A stretch of 38,330 nucleotides of DNA. Source: a virus (Duplodnaviria > Caudoviricetes). The stretch covers positions 1 through 38,330 of the IMG/VR virus record IMGVR_UViG_3300033405_000044. The stretch is one strand, 5' to 3'. The notes beneath the pieces are model-generated. The model ran no database searches and was not told the DNA's origin. It saw nothing but the letters and a program-made list of their open reading frames with translations. Of this stretch, positions 19,998 through 27,644 are shown one piece after another (the first letter of the stretch is position 1; the number at the start of each line of letters is the position of its first letter). Position numbers and translations under genes: made by a program.

Positions 19998-20557
19998 GAT
20001 TTGCGCCCGTCCACGACGGTGACTTCGACCTTCACCGGCATGGGGGCGTCGTCACCGCTGGCGTTTTCCCGGAAGATGCCGAGGTGGTTTCCAAGCAGTT
20101 GCAGGGATTTCACCTTGTCGTGGAACTTGATCTTTATGCGTTTGACCTCTTGCGCATCGCGGCCCCTTCCTTCCCAGATTGAGTCGTGGGTGATCTCGGA
20201 AAGGGAGGCCATCTTGTCGCGGTCGGCCGTTGAAAAATCGAAGGAGGGGATGCCATCTTCGTTTATGGTCACGAAATCATCCAGGTTCGCAAACCCGATC
20301 TTTGCCAATTCCTTCAAAACCCGGTCGGCGGTGATGTCGGTGCGCCGGGCGCGTTCCTCCATCTCGACGCGAATGGCTTCCTTGATGCAGGTTTTTTGGA
20401 GGAGCTGGTAGCCGATCCGGAACGCCGACTTCTTGCTGTAGCCCGCGCGAATCGCCGCCTGGGTGGCGCTCAAATCGATGAGATATTCCTTGACGAACAC
20501 CATCCGTTTGGCATTCATCCCACCGGCTTCGGGGTCGCGCTTTCGGGGCGTTTTCAT
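19994..20557 (-). CDS. terS: Terminase small subunit (187 aa)
   Basis: FVKEYLIDLSATQAAIRAGYS HTH; KIKFHDK.KSL.LLG.HLG.F. Confidence 0.92.
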   Translation of the reverse strand: MKTPRKRDPEAGGMNAKRMVFVKEYLIDLSATQAAIRAGYSKKSAFRIGYQLLQKTCIKEAIRVEMEERARRTDITADRVLKELAKIGFANLDDFVTINEDGIPSFDFSTADRDKMASLSEITHDSIWEGRGRDAQEVKRIKIKFHDKVKSLQLLGNHLGIFRENASGDDAPMPVKVEVTVVDGRKS

Positions 20558-20560
20558 GGT

Positions 20561-20902
20561 CTATTTCGCCCCCACCTGTACTTCGAGCTTGCAGACCTTG
20601 GCGTTGAGATCATTGGTCCTGGTGAACAGTTCGTCGTTGACGCTCCCCTGCTTGCTCCAGTCTTTGTCGGCCTCGGCCTTGGTCCGAAAGTCCGTCGCGA
20701 GCGAAAGTTGGCAGAGGCGTTGCGTTTTCTGGCATTCCTGATGCTCTTTCCGGTATCCGCGCACCTCATCGATCAGGGCTTGGCGGTCCATGTCGCGCTG
20801 GCGCTCGGCTTTGCCGGCCAAGAAAATCTTGATGGCGACCGCCGCCGTGAGAATCGCCCCAAACAACGAGGACGCAGCCGCAATCCAAACGTGCCAATCC
20901 AT
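20561..20902 (-). CDS. Single-TM coiled-coil protein (holin- or spanin-like lysis accessory)
   Basis: N-terminal hydrophobic helix then coiled coil; last gene of the lysis cluster. Confidence 0.5.
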   Translation of the reverse strand: MDWHVWIAAASSLFGAILTAAVAIKIFLAGKAERQRDMDRQALIDEVRGYRKEHQECQKTQRLCQLSLATDFRTKAEADKDWSKQGSVNDELFTRTNDLNAKVCKLEVQVGAK

Positions 20903-20940
20903 TTATCTACGCCTCCGCCAGGGATGTTCCGGCTATAAAG

Positions 20941-21255
20941 CTAAATCACCTTCGGGATTTCCTGGACGAGGATCGGCCCTACGATCTCCAAGATTTCTTC
21001 GGCCCACTTGACCCATCCGGGCATCTGGCAGGCCGGCGTGGAGGATGAAGTCAGCGCCGCCTGGACGCCGGCGGCTGCCGCCTTCATATCGGCGGGGACT
21101 GACGGGGAAGAAACGACGGGAGCCAACTTCTCGGCAGCGGCCGGGGCCTGCGACACGACGTCTTCGGCGACGGTCTGCAAGCACGGGTTGCCGCACGCCT
21201 CCAAGGCGGCGGCCAGGGACACGGTGATGATCAGGGCGGTGATTCGGGTTTTCAT
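20941..21255 (-). CDS. Lipoprotein, possible outer-membrane spanin (104 aa)
   Basis: Signal peptide with lipobox LEA-C; AAGGAGG RBS; lysis cluster. Confidence 0.6.
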   Translation of the reverse strand: MKTRITALIITVSLAAALEACGNPCLQTVAEDVVSQAPAAAEKLAPVVSSPSVPADMKAAAAGVQAALTSSSTPACQMPGWVKWAEEILEIVGPILVQEIPKVI

Positions 21256-21770
21256 CGCGGACCTCCTTCAGGGGAAATCGGGGTAGCAGGCGGCGGGTCG
21301 ATGGGGGCCGACGCAACTCCGGCGCCATCGCCAGTTACCGTGCCGTCTTGGCTTTCGACCGGGGGGGGGCCGGTTCCGGCCATCAGTTGCATCGTTCCCA
21401 CAGCCGGGGAGGGTGCCGTCTGGACTTTGGCCGCCTCGACGGCCTGCTCGATCTGCCTGGCGGCCGACAGGATTTGCGGGACATGGGTCAGGACTTCGTC
21501 AAGGCCGGGCACTTTCGGGGGCTCGCCTACTGCAAATGTGGCGAATTCCTCGATGGATAGCGGTTTGCCGATCTGATGCGTTGCCTTCAGCCGGCCGATG
21601 AGGCCGCCGACAAAGCCGAACACCATCATCAGGACCGAGGCCATGGTGGCCAGGTGCTCCATGCCGGTCGGGGTCATGGGCACGCCGAACAAATTCAGGA
21701 TAAGGCCGATCATACCCACGATCGGGCTGATCACGCCGGTTGAGGTGTACCAAGGCTTGAAGTTGTACAT
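21252..21770 (-). CDS. Holin-like two-TM protein (172 aa)
   Basis: KPWY.S.G N-terminus, two TM helices, IGRLKAT motif, Pro-rich tail. Confidence 0.6.
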   Translation of the reverse strand: MYNFKPWYTSTGVISPIVGMIGLILNLFGVPMTPTGMEHLATMASVLMMVFGFVGGLIGRLKATHQIGKPLSIEEFATFAVGEPPKVPGLDEVLTHVPQILSAARQIEQAVEAAKVQTAPSPAVGTMQLMAGTGPPPVESQDGTVTGDGAGVASAPIDPPPATPISPEGGPR

Positions 21771-21773
21771 GGT

Positions 21774-21938
21774 TTATCCCCGGATCGCGCCGCCGCAGTA
21801 AACGACGGGTTTGGTGATGATCTCGTATATCTGGGCGATGAAGCGCGCTGCCCATTTCGGCAGGCCCGCGTCCTTCAAGCGGCAGTAGAAGTGGACGGAA
21901 TTGCAGTGGTGTTGGATGAAATCCCGGAGCCTACGCAT
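21774..21938 (-). CDS. Small hypothetical protein (54 aa)
   Basis: Not in the track. Overlaps the endolysin stop; MRRLRDFIQHHCNSVHFYCRLKDAGLPKWAARFIAQIYEIITKPVVYCGGAIRG*; fills the gap exactly. Confidence 0.6.
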   Translation of the reverse strand: MRRLRDFIQHHCNSVHFYCRLKDAGLPKWAARFIAQIYEIITKPVVYCGGAIRG

Positions 21939-22395
21939 TGGGCCATTCCCCCGTGCGCATCATGGCTGCCAGGCGCTGGACTCGCTCCGGGCACTCGTGA
22001 CCCCAGGCAGAGGCCTCCATGTGGACAGCTGCGGCCTCGAAATTCCCAGCCTTGATCAGGGCGATGGTCGGCGCGAACTCCATCACCTTGGCGGCGCCAA
22101 GCTGGTACATGGCAGAGACGGCAACGGCCTGGCGTGCCGGGGCGAGATTGGTCCAGCCGGCGAATTGAACGTCGAGGGATTGAACGGCGTCGGCGAAGCA
22201 GGTGTCAAAAGCGAAGTCGGCCTGCGCCTGTGTCCAGACTACCTTGGCCGCCTGGGACGCGGTATAACCGTGGGCTTGCAGATTGTAGCCGCGGCCGATG
22301 GTCCAAAACCCTCGCGAATCCTGGAAGGCTTTGAGCTGGCAGCCCTCATCGGCCTCGATCAGGGCCTTGGTTTTGGCCAGGGTGTCCGCGTCCAC
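21931..22395 (-). CDS. Endolysin, T4-lysozyme-like GH24 (154 aa)
   Basis: Catalytic E-8x-D-5x-T triad in DEGCQLKAFQDSRGFWTIG; AAGGA RBS with GTG start. Confidence 0.9.
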   Translation of the reverse strand: MDADTLAKTKALIEADEGCQLKAFQDSRGFWTIGRGYNLQAHGYTASQAAKVVWTQAQADFAFDTCFADAVQSLDVQFAGWTNLAPARQAVAVSAMYQLGAAKVMEFAPTIALIKAGNFEAAAVHMEASAWGHECPERVQRLAAMMRTGEWPNA

Positions 22396-22478
22396 GCCGA
22401 TCCTTTTGGAACCGGGGCGGGCGCTCGTTTGGGGTTTGTATGCTTAGGGAGCCGCCGCCCGTTGTCCGATGGGCAGGG

Positions 22479-22520
22479 CATGGCAGAAGAAAAAACGAAA
22501 AACCCTATAAGTTCGTAAAT
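22479..22520 (-). promoter_or_regulatory. Putative activator-dependent late promoter, copy 2 (lysis/packaging operon)
   Basis: Near-identical to 17040-17081; between the Mor-like gene and the endolysin. Confidence 0.7.
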
Positions 22521-22526
22521 GGGGCA

Positions 22527-22760
22527 TTAATTCATACTGGCCTTGATGATCCGGACGATCGAATCCTCGCTTAAACCCGTGGCCGCCGAAATCTGGGCCA
22601 TTGTACGCCCTTTGGCCGAGAGGATCTGGACTCCGAGGTTTCGGCAGGCCGTGTGAATGGCTTTTTGCGTCGGCATGGACTGGAAACTGCCACCGCAAGC
22701 CAGGGCGATAGTCATGGCCACGTCAGGCCCCACGAGTTCGACGAGGTCGCGGGCGGTCAT
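22527..22760 (-). CDS. Mor/C-family transcription activator (77 aa)
   Basis: LVELVG..A..IA..CGG...MP..RN..G.T..QIS..TGLS..SI.RII matches the Mu Mor/C dimerisation plus HTH pattern. Confidence 0.75.
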   Translation of the reverse strand: MTARDLVELVGPDVAMTIALACGGSFQSMPTQKAIHTACRNLGVQILSAKGRTMAQISAATGLSEDSIVRIIKASMN

Positions 22761-22984
22761 TTCGAGTCCTCGTTCTTCGGCCCGAACATGCGCCGGTAGT
22801 TTCGCTCGGTATCCTCATCCGTGAACGGGCGCCCGGTGTGGTCGAAGCCGATCGGGTCTTCCATGCGTTTCAACATGGAATCCGGGACAGGACGCCCTTC
22901 GCCGCGATTCAATGCGTCCAAATATTCCTGTATTTTTTTTGCCCCTTCAGGATCGCCGTGAATCTTAACTATTTCCTTTTTCAT
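22757..22984 (-). CDS. Putative immunity protein for the MuF toxin (75 aa)
   Basis: Small charged ORF with ATGA overlap on the toxin stop; function inferred from position only. Confidence 0.55.
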   Translation of the reverse strand: MKKEIVKIHGDPEGAKKIQEYLDALNRGEGRPVPDSMLKRMEDPIGFDHTGRPFTDEDTERNYRRMFGPKNEDSK

Positions 22985-24840
22985 TTCTCCACCTCGCCCA
23001 TATAGAAAACGATTTCTCCGTCTTTTAACTCAGTTGCGGTGGACACGTAAAACTTTGTTCCCGGTATAAAAAGTGCCTCCATTTGCTCCGGTCTTTTGGA
23101 AATAGAATCGATTTTTTTCGCGCCACCCTTGCTTTCTATGACCATGGTATGTTTTTTCTTGAGGGCCGCGTTGCTTTCATAGCTCGTGCTGGTGAAACCT
23201 TCCTCCATTACCATCTTCTTTTCCGGGTCAGTGGCATCCGCTGCGGCCATGAAACGCTCCACGACTTCGAGTGGTAAATCTGCCCCCCTGTAAACGGTGC
23301 CTTCATACCCGGGCAGCTTCATCAGTCCCTGCGTGGCCAGGGCGCTGAACGCATACACACCCTCCACCTGCTCGTCGGGTACGGCGCCGGGCTGTCCCCG
23401 CAATTGCGAGTTGACGGCCGCAAAGATGTCACCGGTGTAGGCCCGGATGGTTCCGATTTCTTCCGGGTGCAGCCCTTGTTCCAGCATATCAGCCGCCTTT
23501 TCCTTTACCACCGCGAATTCGTTTTCAAGCGTGGGCCTGTTCCTGGCCTCAAGCAATGCATCCGCCTCTTTTGTGGCCTCGGCGTACTGCGGCGTCCCCA
23601 TCCCTTTGTAGGCCACGAAAGACAGCCCTTTTTCACTTCTAATATAAAGATTTTTCTCGCCTTTTTCAAGGTCTGGCTTGGCAACTGCGCCCCCGGAACT
23701 TTCGATGGGCCCGCTTGGTGCCGGTGCCCGTGTGGGAGGCGGGATCTCGCCCGTCAATTCCTTGATCGGCTTGAGACGGCCGTCGGAACGGTCCACCAGG
23801 CCCTTGAAGTCGACCTTGCCTTCGTCGACGAGTTTCAGCCGGCCCGGGCCCAGCACGTTTTTCTGGAACTCCTCGTCCTGGCCGGAAAACCAGCTCGCGT
23901 AATCGCCTTTATGAAAGCCCACTTCCTCGATCGTGCGCCGGCCGCCGGCGTCGATGTTCTCGGGTGGATATTTGGCATAGGGCCGCGTCGCCTCCTCGAT
24001 CTCGTTCAGGGGAATGCCGAGCTCGCGAAAGGACTTGGTCACCGGCAGGAGCGAGCAGCGACAGCGCGGGTGAAGCGGGATCGGCGGATGGTCTTCGTCG
24101 ATCCCGTAGACCTCGCCATCGAGCGCGGCGCAGCGCAGGCACGTCCCGGTCCCGGTGGAGATGTTGCCTGTCTCCATCACCGCGCACCACTTCACAGCAT
24201 TCACGATGTCGGTATTTGCCTTATAGACCGACTCCTGGGCGCTCGTGTTGATGTTTTGGACATAGGTTCGCGCCAGGGTGATGGCATCGGTTCTGGCCAG
24301 GTTCAGACCGTTTTCGAGCCGGCGGGTGATCGCCGGATAGCCTTCGCCGAGGATCATGCCCCGGGCGATCTCGGTTTGAATTCGGGTCTTGAGCTGGTAG
24401 TCGAACGTCTCGTCAACCCACCCGGCCAGGTTGCGGCCGCCGATGGGCGTGTCCACGACGATGGATCGCATCTGCTCGGGCGTCAGGCTCACGTTCCTAA
24501 TCGGCAAGCGTTGGCCGAGCGAAAGGATGTCCTGATGCTCATGCAACGCCAGAAATCCGGCCGTCTGGGCCAGGTTGCCAATGCCCTCACTCAGGTGTTG
24601 CCGGATGCCGCCCGTCATTTTATACGTCTCATCGAGCAGCGCCAAGGTCCGGGCCTCGGATAGCGTCACTTCCTCTTGCCCCGCCGAGATCTGGCCAATC
24701 TTTTTCATAATCGACCGGCGCGCGCCGTTATAGGCCTTGAGCATAACAGCGAGCTGATCATCCTCATACTGATCGAGCGCGTAGCGAAACTGGACGTTTC
24801 GGCTCAGGAAGTAGAGATCCAGGTTGGGATCATTTCCCAT
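22981..24840 (-). CDS. muF: MuF head morphogenesis protein with C-terminal R-S-E ADP-ribosyltransferase toxin domain (619 aa)
   Basis: MuF: LARTYVQ..TC.RCAALDG..PIPLHPRCRCSLLP, YASWF..Q..VLGPGR. ART: IRAYT..N..LR, VYRG, GFTSTS, EQMEALF.PGTKF.V. Confidence 0.9.
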   Translation of the reverse strand: MGNDPNLDLYFLSRNVQFRYALDQYEDDQLAVMLKAYNGARRSIMKKIGQISAGQEEVTLSEARTLALLDETYKMTGGIRQHLSEGIGNLAQTAGFLALHEHQDILSLGQRLPIRNVSLTPEQMRSIVVDTPIGGRNLAGWVDETFDYQLKTRIQTEIARGMILGEGYPAITRRLENGLNLARTDAITLARTYVQNINTSAQESVYKANTDIVNAVKWCAVMETGNISTGTGTCLRCAALDGEVYGIDEDHPPIPLHPRCRCSLLPVTKSFRELGIPLNEIEEATRPYAKYPPENIDAGGRRTIEEVGFHKGDYASWFSGQDEEFQKNVLGPGRLKLVDEGKVDFKGLVDRSDGRLKPIKELTGEIPPPTRAPAPSGPIESSGGAVAKPDLEKGEKNLYIRSEKGLSFVAYKGMGTPQYAEATKEADALLEARNRPTLENEFAVVKEKAADMLEQGLHPEEIGTIRAYTGDIFAAVNSQLRGQPGAVPDEQVEGVYAFSALATQGLMKLPGYEGTVYRGADLPLEVVERFMAAADATDPEKKMVMEEGFTSTSYESNAALKKKHTMVIESKGGAKKIDSISKRPEQMEALFIPGTKFYVSTATELKDGEIVFYMGEVEK

Positions 24841-24941
24841 GGCGTTGCTTGACTTCCTTTTTTTTTCCTGAAAAAGCCCTTGGATGGAATTTGGCCTTTT
24901 TTATCTCAATCCATCCCGCGAAGAAGAACGCGACATCGCAA

Positions 24942-25274
24942 TCAGGCGCTTTCTTCGCCACACGCAACCTCTGACCCCTGAATCACCGGAGATTCAGGCA
25001 CCGGCGAAGCCTGAGCAGTCAAATCATAGCCGATTTCACCCGGCGCCAGGCCATGCTCGGGAAAAGAAAGGGGAGCCGGAGTAGAGTCTGGCGTTACTGT
25101 GATTGGCTCTTCTTTGTCGGCGTTCGAGCTGAATAAGAGTGTTGCCTTTATGTTTTTAACAATCTCGGCCAACTTCTTTTTCCCTTCGTCCTCAAGCATG
25201 GCCCTTAAAACGTCCAGCCGGGCCAAGGCCCTATTGATCTCTTCCACCTGATATTCAACGGTTCCCTTGCTCAT
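24942..25274 (-). CDS. Hypothetical protein (110 aa)
   Basis: GAGG RBS; tightly packed in the operon. Confidence 0.6.
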   Translation of the reverse strand: MSKGTVEYQVEEINRALARLDVLRAMLEDEGKKKLAEIVKNIKATLLFSSNADKEEPITVTPDSTPAPLSFPEHGLAPGEIGYDLTAQASPVPESPVIQGSEVACGEESA

Positions 25275-25276
25275 CG

Positions 25277-25672
25277 CTACTGCCTCCTCTTGCCGCCCTT
25301 CACGGTTGACAATATCGCACCTTTCTCCTGCGCCGTCGGCGTGATCAGGCCGGCCGCATCCGCCGCGATCCGATCAATGGCCGAGGCGTAGTCTGCGGCC
25401 ACTCCGGGCGAAGCCGGATATGGGAACATGATGAAGTTCGGGAGAGGATGCTGTTCGCCACGGATGAATTGGCCGAATTGATTCAGGGGCGTGAACCAGG
25501 GGATGACGGTGACGCCCTTTGTGCCATCAGTCGCAGGCACCTCTTTGAACGAAAGGACGACTGGATCGACAACATAGGCCTCAATTTCATTGCGGGTCAG
25601 CCGGCCGATGATGACGTTGTTGTTGATCATCAGGAAGCAGGTGATCTGGTCTTTCACGATACTTGGTTGCAT
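25277..25672 (-). CDS. Hypothetical protein (131 aa)
   Basis: GGAG RBS; operon packing. Confidence 0.65.
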   Translation of the reverse strand: MQPSIVKDQITCFLMINNNVIIGRLTRNEIEAYVVDPVVLSFKEVPATDGTKGVTVIPWFTPLNQFGQFIRGEQHPLPNFIMFPYPASPGVAADYASAIDRIAADAAGLITPTAQEKGAILSTVKGGKRRQ

Positions 25673-26100
25673 GGCGGTCTCCAGAGTTTGGTGTTATTTT
25701 GCATATATTCCTTTTCCCAGACGGCGTTTTCGAGCGTGCGTATGATCGAATGCCGCGCACGCTCCATTTCAATCTCGCGCTGATCGGTGCCTAAATTACA
25801 ATTGCTGGCTTGCATGAGAAGCGGGTCGAAAAGAAGTTCGCATACCTCGTGAAAAGCTGACCGGCGAATGAGCTCTTCTTTTGGATCCTCTGCCCATGAT
25901 TTGGAGAGCTCCAATCGCGCTATCCTGGCGTTCCATTTCGTCCAGCATTCCGCATGCGAATCCAAATCCTCGTGACAAAATATCACGCGCCAGCCGACGA
26001 GCCCAAAGATTCCGATCCACTTCTTTGCCTCGTCGATGAACATCTCGAAGTGCTCGGCCGTCGTCGGAAATTCTTCCGGCTCTTCCGTTGCATCATCCAT
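25654..26100 (-). CDS. Zincin-like hypothetical protein with HExxE motif (148 aa)
   Basis: RRSAFHEVCELL; GAGGTG RBS. Confidence 0.6.
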   Translation of the reverse strand: MDDATEEPEEFPTTAEHFEMFIDEAKKWIGIFGLVGWRVIFCHEDLDSHAECWTKWNARIARLELSKSWAEDPKEELIRRSAFHEVCELLFDPLLMQASNCNLGTDQREIEMERARHSIIRTLENAVWEKEYMQNNTKLWRPPCNQVS

Positions 26101-26716
26101 TTTTCACCTCTACTGAAGCATCAATGCTAAGAAGTGTTATTTTTTTAGCTTCTCTTGTCTTTTTTGCCGATTTAACACGTTTTTCTATGTGTTCGTCGCA
26201 TTGTTTTTTCCCCTTCCACCATTCACCAAGGGCTTTAGACTGTGGCAGTGAACGATTTCTAAGTTTTTTTCTATGCTCTTCTGATCCAAATTTACTAGTC
26301 TTCAATCTTTTATATTCTGTTTTAGAAATTAATTTACCATCAACTTCAACATAGTTTTTTGGTATACAATAGTCATTAAGATTACCTATTGCTACTTCAC
26401 TTTTGAATGGGCACATCCTTACCTTGCCAGATCTTTTCCCTCTGGCGTCCTTTGCGAGAGCCTTCATTGTCCCTTCAGGCAGAGTTTCAATATATTCTAA
26501 TCTAATATCTCTTTTTTTTACTCTTGTAACTTCTGATGATAGGGAATATGACCATGGAATATTATATTTTACTTTAAATTCATCAATGCTCATGTTGTGA
26601 ATTCTTACAATATGGTTCCCTATGGCTCTATATTCTTTTCCACAGAGCAAGCATGTGACAAATTCCCCCGAAAAGTGTTTCTTTACATCCTCTATGCTTG
26701 AAAATATTTTTTCCAC
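26093..26716 (-). CDS. Ros/MucR-like C2H2 zinc-finger protein with NUMOD3-like basic repeats; true start uncertain
   Basis: VTCLLCGKEYRAIGNHIVRIHNMSIDEFKVKYNIP; SEEHRKKL and KGKKQCDEHIEK; strongly AT-rich. Confidence 0.72.
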   Translation of the reverse strand: MEKIFSSIEDVKKHFSGEFVTCLLCGKEYRAIGNHIVRIHNMSIDEFKVKYNIPWSYSLSSEVTRVKKRDIRLEYIETLPEGTMKALAKDARGKRSGKVRMCPFKSEVAIGNLNDYCIPKNYVEVDGKLISKTEYKRLKTSKFGSEEHRKKLRNRSLPQSKALGEWWKGKKQCDEHIEKRVKSAKKTREAKKITLLSIDASVEVKNG

Positions 26717-26784
26717 AGGAAAACCAGGCAGGATTTGTCTTCTTTTTTTCTTTTTTGTTCTGCTTTGGATATCATACCCATTCC

Positions 26785-27264
26785 CTACGATTCTGGTGAT
26801 GCATAGTGTTCCCCATGCGCCTTCACAATCGCCTTGTAGTGCCCCTCCGCCTCTCGAACGTAATGCCGCAGAAAATGAAACGTGAAGTATGCCGCGCCCG
26901 CCGCATCATCAGCCCAGATCCAGTTCACTCCGTAGCGGCAGCTAAAAACCACCATGGATTGCAAGACCGCATGGGGCTTGGCCTGGCTCCGGTAATCATG
27001 ACTCCGGACCTGCGCCAAGTTGCCCTCGATCACTACGGCGAAGGCCTCAAGTCCCCGCGCCCGGCGCAGCTCGCGCTCGAAGCGTTCGCGCTCCCAGGTC
27101 AGCGAGGCGATAAGATCGGGCAGACTCTTGCGCTCGACGGCACATAAATGGCCAAGGCCGGCCGGCGCGTAATCGCCGACCTCAAGCGCGCCGGGCTCGA
27201 CCGTGGCTTCGTAGCGCGTGAAATCGAGCGGCACTTGCTCGCGGGAATCGACGATGATTTTCAC
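26785..27264 (-). CDS. ERCC4/XPF-domain nuclease, likely a resolvase (159 aa)
   Basis: IIVDSREQ, L.VGDY, VERKS..DL, RF.REL.R motifs. Confidence 0.9.
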   Translation of the reverse strand: MKIIVDSREQVPLDFTRYEATVEPGALEVGDYAPAGLGHLCAVERKSLPDLIASLTWERERFERELRRARGLEAFAVVIEGNLAQVRSHDYRSQAKPHAVLQSMVVFSCRYGVNWIWADDAAGAAYFTFHFLRHYVREAEGHYKAIVKAHGEHYASPES

Positions 27265-27644
27265 TGCATCCTTCTCGGCTCAAACCCTGTGTTTTCCTTG
27301 ATCTTGGTGAGCCACTTCTTGGCCGTCTCTTTGTTTTTTTGCCATTCCTCGTCCGTCATCGGAGCAAATTCGGTGTGTTGACCCTGTTCAGAGGGCGCCA
27401 TTTTCTCGGCTTTGATCCGTTCGTGCGCCTCGCGAATTTGCGCGATGACCGGAAAGTATTTCACCTCGGCATTGGCCTTCATCGCCGCGGCCTCGAACTG
27501 ACCCATGGTCATATCCTGGCAGGCCTTGGCGTAGTCCTCGGCCAGGATGTCCAGCACGCCGGTTTGCTTCGACCTGGGATGATGCAGGGCGATCCGTTCA
27601 AGGACTTTGAGCACACCGGCTTTGTCGGGTTTGAGAAAGTTCAT
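27261..27644 (-). CDS. Helicase loader/inhibitor-like replication protein (127 aa)
   Basis: Directly after the initiator with ATGA overlap; KYFP.IAQIR motif. Confidence 0.6.
   Translation of the reverse strand: MNFLKPDKAGVLKVLERIALHHPRSKQTGVLDILAEDYAKACQDMTMGQFEAAAMKANAEVKYFPVIAQIREAHERIKAEKMAPSEQGQHTEFAPMTDEEWQKNKETAKKWLTKIKENTGFEPRRMQ

Noticed and set aside
17040-22520. The 42-bp direct repeat as att sites or mobile-element ends
   Set aside because: It flanks essential lysis, terminase and portal genes with no recombinase nearby; a promoter role fits better
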